This document shows positions 24,401 through 34,958 of a stretch of 64,000 bases of DNA, piece by piece; position 1 is the stretch's first letter, and each line of letters starts with the position of its first letter. The stretch spans positions 248,001 through 312,000 of the forward strand of contig JAWMAR010001141.1 in assembly GCA_036785375.1 (NCBI GenBank), written 5' to 3'. The position numbers were made by a program, and so were the translations under genes. The notes beneath the pieces were generated by a model. It had not been told where the DNA came from, made no database searches, and saw only the letters and a program-made list of their open reading frames with translations. This stretch comes from Leucoraja ocellata (lineage: Eukaryota).

Positions 24401-27400
24401 CCATTTAGAGAATCAAGGGATATGGGGACAAGGTAGGAACGGGGGTACTGATTGTGGATGATCAACCATGATCACATTGAATGGCGGCGCTGGCTTGAAG
24501 GACTGATTGGACCTCTCCTGCACCAATTGTCTATCTATGTATCTATGTATGGATCAACAGTTTATTGTGTCTCTTGCTCTCACATTGAGAAGCAAGGCCA
24601 ATCAAAACTTGAGCAAGTGAAAATTATACCCGGGCGCAGGGGTGGCCGGTAGAATATTTCCGGATGTTACTTTTGTAGTTGAAGTAAACGCTACTGTTGT
24701 TGTTGTTGACGATCCAGGATTAGGTTCAGGTTCTGTTGAGAAAAGGAAATAAAAGACAATTCAAGATAGACAAAATATGCTGGAGTAACTCAGCGGGACA
24801 GGCAGCATCTCTGGAGAGAGGGAATGGGTGAAGTTTTGGGTCTGAGGATGGGTCTCGGGCCGAAACGTCACCCATTCCTTCCGTCCAGAGACGCTGCCTG
24901 TCCCGCTGAGATACTCCAACATTTCAAGTTCAAGTTCACATATTGTCACGTGCACCAATTAAGGTACAGTGGTATTTGAGTTATCATACAGCCATACAAG
25001 TTAAAACAGATAACGCAATACACAATAGTTTTAACATAAACATCCACCACAGTGGAATCATCATTCCTCACTGTGATGGAAGGCAACAAGGTTCAGTCAT
25101 CTTCCCCCTTTGTTCACCCGTGGTGGTCGGGGCCTTGAACCCTCAGCACTGCCACTGCCGACGGCCCGATGTTCAAGCCCTCTCGTCGGGATGATGAAGA
25201 CTCCGGAGTCGGAGCGGAACGGAAACTCTCCGCGGCTTCACGGTATTAAAGTCCACAAGCCCCGCGGTCGGAGAGCTTCCACAGCGATTCTCAGCAAAGG
25301 ATCACAGCTCCGCAATGTTAAAGTCCGCGTCGCCCTTGCGGCGAAGATCCAGCCCGGTCTCCAGGAAAGGCCGCATCCATCCAGTTGTTAGTCCGCGGGG
25401 AGGGGACGGAGACGTGACACGGGGAAAGATCACATCTCTGTTGCGGTAAGTGACTGAAAACGGTTTCGCCCCCTCCCCTCCCCCCCCCCCCCCCCCCTCA
25501 CCCCCCCCTCCTCCCCTCACTCCCCTCCCCTCCCCTCACCCCACCCACATGAAAAAAACACAGAGAAACATTAAAACATACATTTTAGACAGACTGAAAA
25601 TAACAAAAAAGTCGAAATAACACACAGGCTGCTGGCGAGGCTGCCATCTCGGCGCCATCCAGTGACGCATCTATCTGCTCTATAGATTGAGTGTCTATGT
25701 TCGATTAAAACAGCATCTGCAGTTCTTTCCTTCACAATAAAAGACATTTCCCTGTTTGCCGTTTCATCATTATTCAAGATCCAGGGGCATCATCTGCACA
25801 CTCCCAGGAGGGGTAAGAACAGAATTCGGCCAAACAGCAAAGATCCCGGCACTGATCCCTATGGTGCATCATTAAGGGCGGCACGGTGGCGCAGCTGTAG
25901 AATTGCTGCCTTACAGCGCCAGGGACCCGGGTTCGATCATGACCACGGGTACTTGTCTGTCTGTCTGGAGTTTGTACATTCTCCCCCTGACCTGCGTGAG
26001 TTTTCTCTGAAAACTTCGGTTTCCCCCCACACTCCAAACACGTACAGGTTTACAGGTTAATTGGCTTGGTATAAATGTAAAACGTACCGTCAGATACTTG
26101 GAGCTGAACGTTAAACATTGGATCCAAGCCAGATGTATCAATTCCACAGCTGTACCGTCCAGTATCGCTAGAGAGAAGACCCTCCACAGTCACAGTAAAT
26201 ATTCCTTGTGCCGGGTTATCTGTGATTGACCATCTTCCACGTCTGTGTTGCCCATTTGTTTTCACTACATCTGAACACGAGCGAGTCCACCCATGACACC
26301 AGTATTTTGTGTGTGAACGGTACCATGTTCCATAGTGACAATCGATTGTGATATATTTCCCCACAACTCCTCTTACAGGTGTCTTTGCCCACAGAGCACC
26401 TGAAACTGAGAAGAAAAATCATCAGAACATGTACAGGACAAATCTACTTAACACAGCGTTTGCTGTCCCACCCACTCTTCCCCTAATCAACGATGGGCCG
26501 AATGGTCCAACCCGTGTGTGGACATTCACTTACCCTTGAGCCAAGCACAAAGTGCCCGTGTAACTCAGCAGATCTGGCAGCATCTGTGGAGGGAATGGAC
26601 ACGTGACGTGTCGGGTTGGGACCCTGCTTCAGACTGATTAAAGTAGGGCGGGGAAAGCTGGAAGAGAGGTGGAGATGGGATAAAGCCTGGCAAGTGACAG
26701 GTGGAAGGTAGACACAAATTGCTGGAGTAACTCAGCGGGACAGGCAGCACAACAAGTGGATACAGATGAGGGGGGAATTTTGACTGGTTCACGAGTGGAC
26801 AAAGACTGGAGGTGAAAAGCGGTCAAAAGGTTGTCAGATGAGGAGAGATGAGAAGCGAAATGTAAAGACAGAGGGAGGGGTATATTTGGTAGGGGACAGG
26901 GTAGAAAGGGAAGAAGAGGCATGGGTTAAATGGTGCACAGGAAAGTGAGAGAGGGTAGGGGGGTGTGCAATGTAAAATTGGAGAATTTAATGATCATAAG
27001 ATATTTTTCTATTGATTGAATTGATTGAAAAATACAGCATGGAAAGATGCCCTTTGGCCCATCGAGTCCTCTTCACACTAAAGATAGACACAAGGTGCTG
27101 GAGTAACTCAGCGGGTCAGGCAGCATGTCTGGAGAAATAGAATGCGTGATGTTTCGGGATTGGGACCCTTCTTCAGACACCCTTCTAAGTTACTCCAGCA
27201 CTTTGTTTCTATCTTTGATACAAACCAGCACCTGCAGTTCTTTGGTCCTAACTGTTTACACTAGTTGGGCAGCACAGTAGCACAGCAGAAGAGTGGCTGC
27301 CTTACAGCGCCAAGGACCCGGGTTTGATCCTGACTATGGATGCTGCCTGTACAGAATTTGTACGTTCTCCCTGTGACCGCATGGGTTTCCTCTGGGTGCT

Positions 27401-30400
27401 CTAGTTTCCTCCCACAATCCAAACATGAGTAGGTTTGTAAGTTAATTGGCTTCTGTAAATTACCCCAAGGGTGTAGGATAGAACTGGTGCACGGGTAATC
27501 GTTGGTCGGCTTGGACATTGTGGGCCGATGGGCCTGTTCAAGGCTGTATCTCTAAAACTAACTAATTGTCATGTTGCATTTAATGAGCTGTGAGAATATT
27601 CCCCAAGGTCCTTCTGTTCGTCCACACTCCCTCAACATCCATATATTAATGTCTTTATTTAAACCTCTTTGTCAAATGTAATTCCTCTCACTTCTCTGGA
27701 TTAAACAGGCTTTGCCACTTTTCTGCCCTACTGATTTGTCCATCTATATACGCCCTGGGGTCAAAAGCCTTCTCCTCCCTGTCAACCATCCAGCTGACCT
27801 TTGTCTCATCTGCAGAGGACTTCACCATGCCCCCTACATTTATCTACATTGATGATCCTTTCTATTGAGGGAGTGCAGCGTAGGTTTACAAGGTTAATTC
27901 CCGGGATGGCGGGACTGTCATATGCTGAGAGAATGGAGCAGCTAAGCTTGTATACTCTGGAACTTAGGATGAGAGGGAATCTTATTGAAACATGTAAGAT
28001 TATTAAGGGTTTGGACACGCTAGAGGCAGGAAACATGTTCCAAATGTTGGGGGAGTCCAGAACCAGGGGCCACAGTTTAAGAATAAGGGGTAAAGCATTT
28101 AGAACGGAGATGAGGAAACACAGAGAGTTGTCAGTATGAGGAATTCTCTGCCCATTCTCTGGAAACTTTCAAGAGAGAGCTAGATAGGGCTGTTAAAGAT
28201 TGTAGTCAGGGGATATGGGGAGAAGGCAGGAAAGGGGTACTGATTGGGGATGATCAAGCATGATCACATTCAATAAACAATGGACAATAGACAATAGGTG
28301 CAGGAGTAGGGCATTTGGCCCTTCGAGCCAGCACCGTCATTCAATGTGATCATGGCTGATCATCTCCGTTCTAAATGGCTTACCCCTTATTCTTAAACTG
28401 TGGCTCCTGGTTCTGGACTCCCCCAACATCGGAAACATGTTTCCTGCCTCTAGCGTGTCCAAGCCCTTAATAATCTTAAAATAATTTTACAATAATCTTA
28501 CAATAACCTTACATGGCAGTGCTGGCTGAAAGGGCCGAATGGCCTACTCCTGTACCTATTGTCTATTGATGAGTACTGAGGCTTGTGGATCCCTACAACA
28601 ACCTTATCCCCCAAATGCACGTATATCGTTGGCCTGTTTTATGGAGGGTAAACCTTATTTGCCATCTTTCCCATCTATAAACTAGGAAATAGTCACCTAC
28701 ACGTCACGCTGCCTTGCAAGGCCACCAGCATAATCATGGAGCAGTTTCATCCCAGTCACTCCTTCTTTACCTGTCTACCATTAGGCACGAGGGACAGAAG
28801 TTTGAACCCAATGCTCTAGATTCAGAGGTAGTTTTCTTCCCAACTGTCTTCAGGCAACTGACCCATCCTCTCACTAGCTAGAGCGCAGTCCTGGCCTCCT
28901 ATTTACCCCCTTGAACAATCAATAATTGGACTTTATTGGACTAAACTAAACTAAACTAGTAAAGCGATGATACTAGATTACCGGAAATGATCTGGTGAAT
29001 GAAGACAGTCAATGTTGGCCTTCACCTGCATCTGAGCATCAGTGATAACATTGCAAAAAAGAATTTACTTGGTAACAATAAATTATTAATATTGCATGCT
29101 GATGACTTTGGCAAATATGCATAGTTGACGTCCAAGAACAAGAAGGAAATGGCTACATTGCAAGAGCAACCCACAACCCAAGAGGAACTGGACGTCAAAC
29201 AACATCTGAACTTTAAATAAGAGGAAGTGTTGTAAGATGGAGACAATTGTTTTGGCATTATTGCTTGGCTGCTGTTAGTGAGTGCAAGCAAGCAATAAAA
29301 CAATGTTTCATGAATAGAAAGGGTCCCTTTGCACTTTGACACTGTTACTTTAGTTTAGTTTAAGATAGAGCATGGAAACTGGCCCTTCGGCCTAATGTGA
29401 CTGTGCTGACCTAGTATCTTGTACACTAGGGACAATTTACATAGTCCTTATTCCCTATTTATAGAGGCCAATTAACCTACAAATCTGTGCGTCTTTGGGA
29501 TGTGGGAGGAAACCAGAGGACTGGGTAAAAAACCCATGCGGTCACAGGGTGAAAGTGCAAACTCCGTACAGACAGACCCCTTAGTCAGGATCGAACCCAG
29601 ATCTCTGGTACTGTAAGGCACCGCTGTGCCACTGTCCCAGTCACTTGTAATTGTCTCTGTTTTTCATTCACAGTCGCTTTGTGCTGTCAGATACATTGAC
29701 GGCCATGATTTATGTGTGGCACAGTGATGGAGACAGGAGGAGATTGGAAGACCACACTCTAATATTGAGACAAAAGAGAATTGCAGATGCTGGTATCTGG
29801 AACAACAAACAGCACACTGGAAGGACTCAGTGGGTCATGGAGGTTTGAAGGCAAAAAAGTGTAAGTCGTTCTTTCAGATCGAGACCCTGCATCTGGACTG
29901 AGAGGGGACAGATATGTTTGGCATCATATAGATGTACTAATGGGTGGGAGGGTTGGGGCTGGTTGAGGAAGATGGAACTGGATGAAGAGGATGTGTTTGA
30001 TAGAGAATACACAAGCAGAAAACAAGATGTTGATTGATAGTTCAAAACTCAATGGTACAAACATTACATTTTCCAATTTTGGGTAATTCACACCCTCTGG
30101 TGTTCTCCTCCCACACAAGCCCACCTGCCGATCCTGATTCAACCTTTCCTGCCTCCCTTGCTCAGTCCCGATACAGGGTCCTCTTCACATACACAGATGC
30201 TGGCTGACCCGCTGAGTTCCTCTTTCTTGATCCACGCCCCAATATTGTTCAGTTATCTTTACATCTGCAAGCATTTAACTATCTCCACTGCAGAAATGGT
30301 GCACAAGACCCAGATACATTCTGATCACCAAAATGAATATCAAAATAAAACTACGGAGGTTAACAAAATCTAACACAAAAACAAAAAAATAATCAGGTGG

Positions 30401-30759
30401 TCAGGGCGCATCTGTGGGGAGAGATAGAGTTAGGTTTTAGGTCGAAGGATCTCTGATCTGAAAGGGTAACTCTTTTTCTCGGCACACCTGCTAAGTATTT
30501 CCAGCATATGTAAAGGAAGGAACTGCAGATGCTGGTTTACACCGAAGATAGACACAAAATGCTGGAGTAACTCAGAGGGACAGGCAGCATCACTGGATAG
30601 AAGGTATGGGTGACATTTCGGGTCGAGACTTTTCTTCCGCCTGAGTTACTCCAGCAAGTTGTGACTATCTCGTACTTCCCGTAGTCTGGTCACATGACCA
30701 TCCAAATCAAGCTGTTACTTACCGGGCAGGGAATAAATGAGCATCATTGGAATCCACAT
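21217..30759 (-). CDS. Inhibitory CD300/CMRF35/pIgR-like (MDIR-like) receptor, copy A; 6 coding exons, 283 aa
   Basis: join(30723-30759,26088-26405,24630-24732,22985-23070,22078-22124,21217-21477); all GT-AG, phases 1,1,2,1,0 compatible, open frame; leader, V domain, S/T stalk, TM, ITIM tail. Confidence 0.88.
21520..21856 (+). mobile_element. Old CR1 3' fragment (copy at ~51046-51382; similar fragments at ~5258-5445, ~14660-14895, ~37190-37690, ~54608-55075)
   Basis: QRRFTRMLP..YRERL..RGDLIEVYK-type peptide. Confidence 0.8.
22078..22124 (-). CDS. Inhibitory receptor A short cytoplasmic exon (KSEGNKPPRANNNEMQ)
   Basis: ttttccag acceptor, CAG|gtaaag donor; converts phase 1 to 0 as required. 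Confidence 0.75.
22985..23070 (-). CDS. Inhibitory receptor A TM exon (PIIYLSIAGVLLVVIFAGLLWCLMCRQR)
   Basis: Uncharged hydrophobic helix + basic stop-transfer residues; A|gtgagt donor. Confidence 0.88.
23195..23312 (-). mobile_element. Degenerate DeuSINE (AmnSINE1/SacSINE1-like) core fragment; copy at ~52698-52815
   Basis: Minus strand ctgctgtttgtggaacttgctgtgggcagattggc..tttaccacattacagca resembles the Deu-domain as recalled; not aligned computationally. Confidence 0.55.
23562..24409 (-). mobile_element. Rearranged CR1 fragment (internal inversion, no tail) in place of ~1.9 kb present in copy B
   Basis: Near-identical to 8385-9085; a + strand piece at ~23583-23706. Confidence 0.9.
24630..24732 (-). 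CDS. Inhibitory receptor A mucin-like stalk exon
   Basis: EPEPNPGSSTTTTVAFTSTTKVTSGNILPATPAP; phase 1 in, 2 out. Confidence 0.8.
24765..24925. repeat. Penelope-derived fold-back (inverted repeat); copy at ~55310-55472
   Basis: gctggagtaactcagcgggacaggcagcatctctgga ... tccagagacgctgcctgtcccgctgagatactcca. Confidence 0.8.
24925..25660 (-). mobile_element. Probable non-autonomous LINE-derived element (GATGGCGCC head, (CTTGAA)n tail); copy at ~55472-57118, interrupted by Penelope
   Basis: Tandem tail at ~24923-24936, CpG-rich body; family not identified. Confidence 0.4.
25876..26080 (+). mobile_element. tRNA-derived V-SINE (HE1-like) abutting the V-exon donor; copy at ~57335-57538
   Basis: ggcacggtggcgcag (A box), ggttcgatc (B box), central ctccggtttcctcccaca-like domain. 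Confidence 0.85.
26088..26405 (-). CDS. Inhibitory receptor A V-set Ig exon
   Basis: ITIDCHY..KYWCHGWTRSC..DTGRYSCG; 318 nt, phase 1-1. Confidence 0.95.
27267..27562 (+). mobile_element. Full-length tRNA-derived V-SINE (HE1-like)
   Basis: A/B boxes, central domain, CR1-like 3' end gggcctgtt..ctgtatctctaaa. Confidence 0.82.
27858..28570. mobile_element. CR1 3' fragments in alternating orientation (second subfamily, CTATTGT tail); truncated copy at ~58095-58545
   Basis: EGVQRRFTRLIPGM..SRTRGHSL peptide; inverted internal segment. Confidence 0.85.
30723..30759 (-). CDS. Inhibitory receptor A leader exon (MWIPMMLIYSLP)
   Basis: ATG, hydrophobic core, G|gtaagt; joins VSGALWAK. Confidence 0.85.
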
Positions 30760-33618
30760 AGTTTTATCCAAGGAGACCATGTTAGCACCGACCTGCTGCT
30801 CAGCTCTTAGTCCTCAGACTGAACGGTCTGACAAATATGGCATGTATTAAGAATGAGGAAGAAGGGAACAGGAAACCTGATTGTGAAACCAGAATGAGAC
30901 TGATGATAAAATCTGAAACTTTAGAATTTTTGAAGTTGTCTCAGTTTAGTTTAGTAAACAGGCCCTTCAGCCCACCGAGTCCATGCTGATCAGTGATCCT
31001 CGCACATTAACACTATCCTACACACACCAGGGACAATTGTTTACCTTTACCAAGCCAATTTACCTACATACATGTACCTGTACGTCTTTGGAGTGTAAAA
31101 TAAAAGTAATCCAATTTTCATTGACTGATGAAAGTAGTCCAGCCTTATACTTTTATTTTTTTTACTTTAAGAGATCATGTGGAAACAGGCCCGCACACTA
31201 GCAGCATTCTACACTTTAGAAACAGTTTACAATTTTTCTTACCAAAGTCAATCAACCTACACACCTGTACGTCTTTGGGATGTGGGAGGAAACCGGAGCA
31301 CCCGGAGGAAACCCATGCAGTCGCAGGAAGAATGTACAAACTCTACACAGACAGCACCCATAGTCGGGATTGAATCTAGGTCTCTGGCGCTGTGAGGCAG
31401 CAGCTCTACCACTGCTCCACTGTCCCACCCCTAACAGCCAAGACAAGCCAAATTTATTGTGATGTGCACAAGAACAGCGAAGCACAGGGACAATGAAAAT
31501 CTTACTTACAGCAGCATCACAGGCACATGTCAAAATAAAAGCTAAATTCAAAATATATTCACTCTTGGTGTTGTTAATGCCGCAGCAATTACTTGCATGA
31601 TTACTGCCGGTACAGCTGTATAGAATGCCAGTAAGCCAGACTACATATAGCTTGGATAGGCACAAAATGCTGGAGTAACTCAGCAGGACAGGCAGCTACT
31701 CTGGAGTTGCCCACCAGTCTCAAAAGCCGCTGTGTCTCCCTGTCCCTGGGATTAGCAGGGGGTGACCAAACAGCACAATATTTCCCTCCCCCTCCATGCC
31801 AACACGAAGGGCAACGATCCCAAGGCTTTAGCGTCAGGAACAGCGGGCAGGTGACAAAGAGTGGTGAATCTCTGGAATTCTGTGCCACAGAAGGTTGTTG
31901 AGGCCAGTTCATTGGCTATATTTAAGAGGGAGTTGGATGTGGCCCTTGTGGCTAAAGGTATCATGGGGTATGGAGAGATGGTGGGCACAGGATACTGAGT
32001 TGGATGATCAGCCATGATCATATTGAATGGCGGTGCAGGCTCGAAGGGCCGAATGGCCTACTCCTGCACCTATTTTCTATGTTTCTTTAAAAAAAAAATT
32101 TTAAACAATTTTTTATTTTTTAAATTTTTTTAAATTATTATTAAAAAAAGATAGAAATAAAAGAAGTAAGGAAAGTGAGCAAGAATCGTGAAGGTGCACA
32201 AAAGTGTTGGGAAAAGAAAGCCCCTTAGGGAAGAAGTTAGAGAAAGAAGTAAAGAAAGGAAATAAGACCCTAAAAAGAAATGAAAGAAAAAGAAAAACAA
32301 TCGCTCTATTGTAACACAAAACTCGCAATAAAGGATATACCAACCGTGTTTTAAAAAAAAATGTATTTTATACCCCCCGTTACCAGATCCTGGTATTATT
32401 TATATTTTAAATTACTATTGCACCTTATGCTATGTTTCTATGTTTCTATGAAGGAACTGCAGATGCTCGTTAAAACCGAAGATTGACTCAAAAACCTAGA
32501 GTTATTCATTGGGTGAGGCAGCATCTTTGGAGTAAAGAAATAGGTGATGTTTTGAGTCGAGACCTTTCTTCAGACAAAGTTAGGGGACAGGGAAACAAGG
32601 GTAACAAGGGAAACAAGTCTCTTACCTAGAGCAGGGGAATCAAGACTCAGGGGACAAGGCTTCAGGTGAAAGCGAAAATATTTCATAGGATCCTGAGGGG
32701 CATCATTTTTTTACACAGTGAGTTGTGGGTGTATGGAATGAGCTAACTGATGAGGTATTTGAGACAGGTGCTACAAAAACATTTTAAAGGCATTTGGACA
32801 GTTACATGAATTGGACTAGTTTAGTAGGAGATGGACCAAACGCTGGCAGGAGGAACTAGAGTAGATGGGGCATCTTAGTTGACGTGATATGACAATCAAG
32901 CACACTAAACGCTTGCGTTTAACAATACAATACAAAACAATACAAAATCGACCAAATGTCGTCGACATGGATTCAGTTCCAGTGCGTAAAAAAAATTATG
33001 AGAAGAATATACCTTGTACTATATTTGTTTTGAGTACTGTTGATATCAATCTTGTAATTGGAGATAGTGTGGTTGTCATTGGTTCTGTTATAAAAATATA
33101 TGTTATTGTTAATGTTTAATGTTTTAGGTGTCACTCCTAATGTCACTGTGTCACATTGCACTTGTGGGCAGAGCACCAAGGCAAATTCCTTGTATGTGAA
33201 TACTTGGTCAATAAACCTATTCATTCATAAACCTATTCATTCATCATTCATTCATCATTCCTTCATAAGTTTATTCAAGTTCTGTTGAGGCAAGGAAATA
33301 AAATTAAGTCTCACCTGTTTTCACATGCAGTGACTAAAGAGAACAAGATTGTCAGATGGAACCCATTGCTTTGAGTAAAGGGCCAATTAGTTTGAGAGAT
33401 ACGGTGACTTTCCTTCAGTGGAATTGGACGTCTTAGTTGAGTTGAGTTTAGTTTAGAGATACAGCATGGAAACAGGACCTTTGGCCCACCTAGTTGACGC
33501 CAACCAGCTATCTCCTCCGCACACCAGCACTATCCTGCATACACTAGGGTCAATTTACAATTTTACCAAAGCCAATGAACCTACAAACCTGCACGTCTTT
33601 GGAGTGTGGGAAGAAACC

Positions 33619-34138
33619 AAACATAGAAACATAGAAATTAGGTGCAGGAGTAGGCAATTCGGCCCTTCGAGCCTGCACCGCCATTCAATATGATCATGAC
33701 TGATCATCCAACTCAGTATCCCGTACCTGCCTTCTCTCCATACCCCCTGATCCCCTTAGCCACAAGGGCCACATCTAACTCCCTCTTAAATATAGCCAAT
33801 GAACTGGCCTCAACTACCCTCTGTGGCAGAGAGTTCCAGAGATTCACCACTCTCTGTGTGAAAAAAGTTCTTCTCATCTCGGTTTTAAAGGATTTTCCCC
33901 TTATCCTTAAGCTGTGACCCCTTGTCCTGGACTTCCCTAACATCGGGAACAATCTTCCTGCATCTAGCCTGTCCAACCCCTTAAGAATTTTGTAAGTTTC
34001 TATAAGATCCCCTCTCAATCTCCTAAATTCTAGAGAGTATAAACCAAGTCTATCCAGTCTTTCTTCATAAGACAGTCCTGACATCCCAGGAATCAGTCTG
34101 GTGAACCGTCTCTGCACTATGGCAATAATGTCCTTCCT
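33619..34138 (-). mobile_element. CR1 3' fragment inserted in a SINE; present in unit B, absent in C
   Basis: ORF 33713-34117 is the ORF2 C-terminus; same tail; empty site near 63928. Confidence 0.9.
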
Positions 34139-34922
34139 AAAATCTTAAAGATCTTAGAGAAAACCCACTTGGTCATGGGGAGAACATACAAACTCCGTAC
34201 AGACAGCACCCGTATCGAACCCGCGTCCCTGGCGCTGAAATGAAGGCAGCAACACCACCGCTGTACACCAGTGCCGCCCTATGTATCATTTATATTTTTG
34301 TGTGTCTACGTGTATGTGATGTTGCCACAGGCGTGATTTTCATTGTATCTGCACCTCACCACACGTGCACATAAGAATGACAGACTTGACTTGAAAGCAG
34401 CTCAGCAAAGTATATTATAGTGATGTTCTCATGAGAAAAAGTACTTCCAGAACATTTGATCTGATGGGATGTCATAGCTTATAGTTTCCCTCTTCTAAAT
34501 ATTCTTCACAGTTAAAACCATGAGGCATTTCCAGGATTGAATACAATTTATTCCACATAACTGCAATGTCATGCTACACAACCCAAAATAATAAGTCATT
34601 GCTATAAAGGCTAGCAACATTGTTTAAATGGCACCTTTACTGAGTGAATATTGTGTAAACTAAGTTAATAATTTTAGCAGAAGAAGCATTAATTCTGTGC
34701 AGTCTATTATGAAAGCAAAATGTAAAACACTTTGTCAATGCCCTTTATGGGCGACTATTTGCATACCTTGGGTTAGCAAGCAAAGAATTTCACTGTGACT
34801 TGTCACACGTGACAATAAAGTATTAATTAATTAATTCATTCATTCAAAATAATAATGATCATTTGGTCTTGTTGGAGAGTTGTTTCTCAGTCACTATCAC
34901 CAGTAGATCTTCATTCTGCCTT

Positions 34923-34958
34923 CTACGGCAAGCTGTGAGGTTTCGGTTCATTGGGTCC
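34923..34958 (-). CDS. Activating receptor B terminal exon (GPNEPKPHSLP*)
   Basis: Paralogous to 3971-4006. Confidence 0.6.
   Translation of the reverse strand, partial: GPNEPKPHSLP

Larger units (their letters stand above)
1..29444. repeat. Tandem segmental duplication unit A (~29.4 kb; phase set by window start)
   Basis: Sequence at position 1 recurs at 29445 and 59416; near-identical ORFs recur at a ~29.5 kb offset throughout. Confidence 0.97.

Noticed and set aside
32087-32430. Hydrophobic ORF 32113-32343 as a TM exon
   Set aside because: Low-complexity pyrimidine-rich sequence sitting within a CR1 tail repeat, probably a retroelement 3' UTR; no role in the gene models
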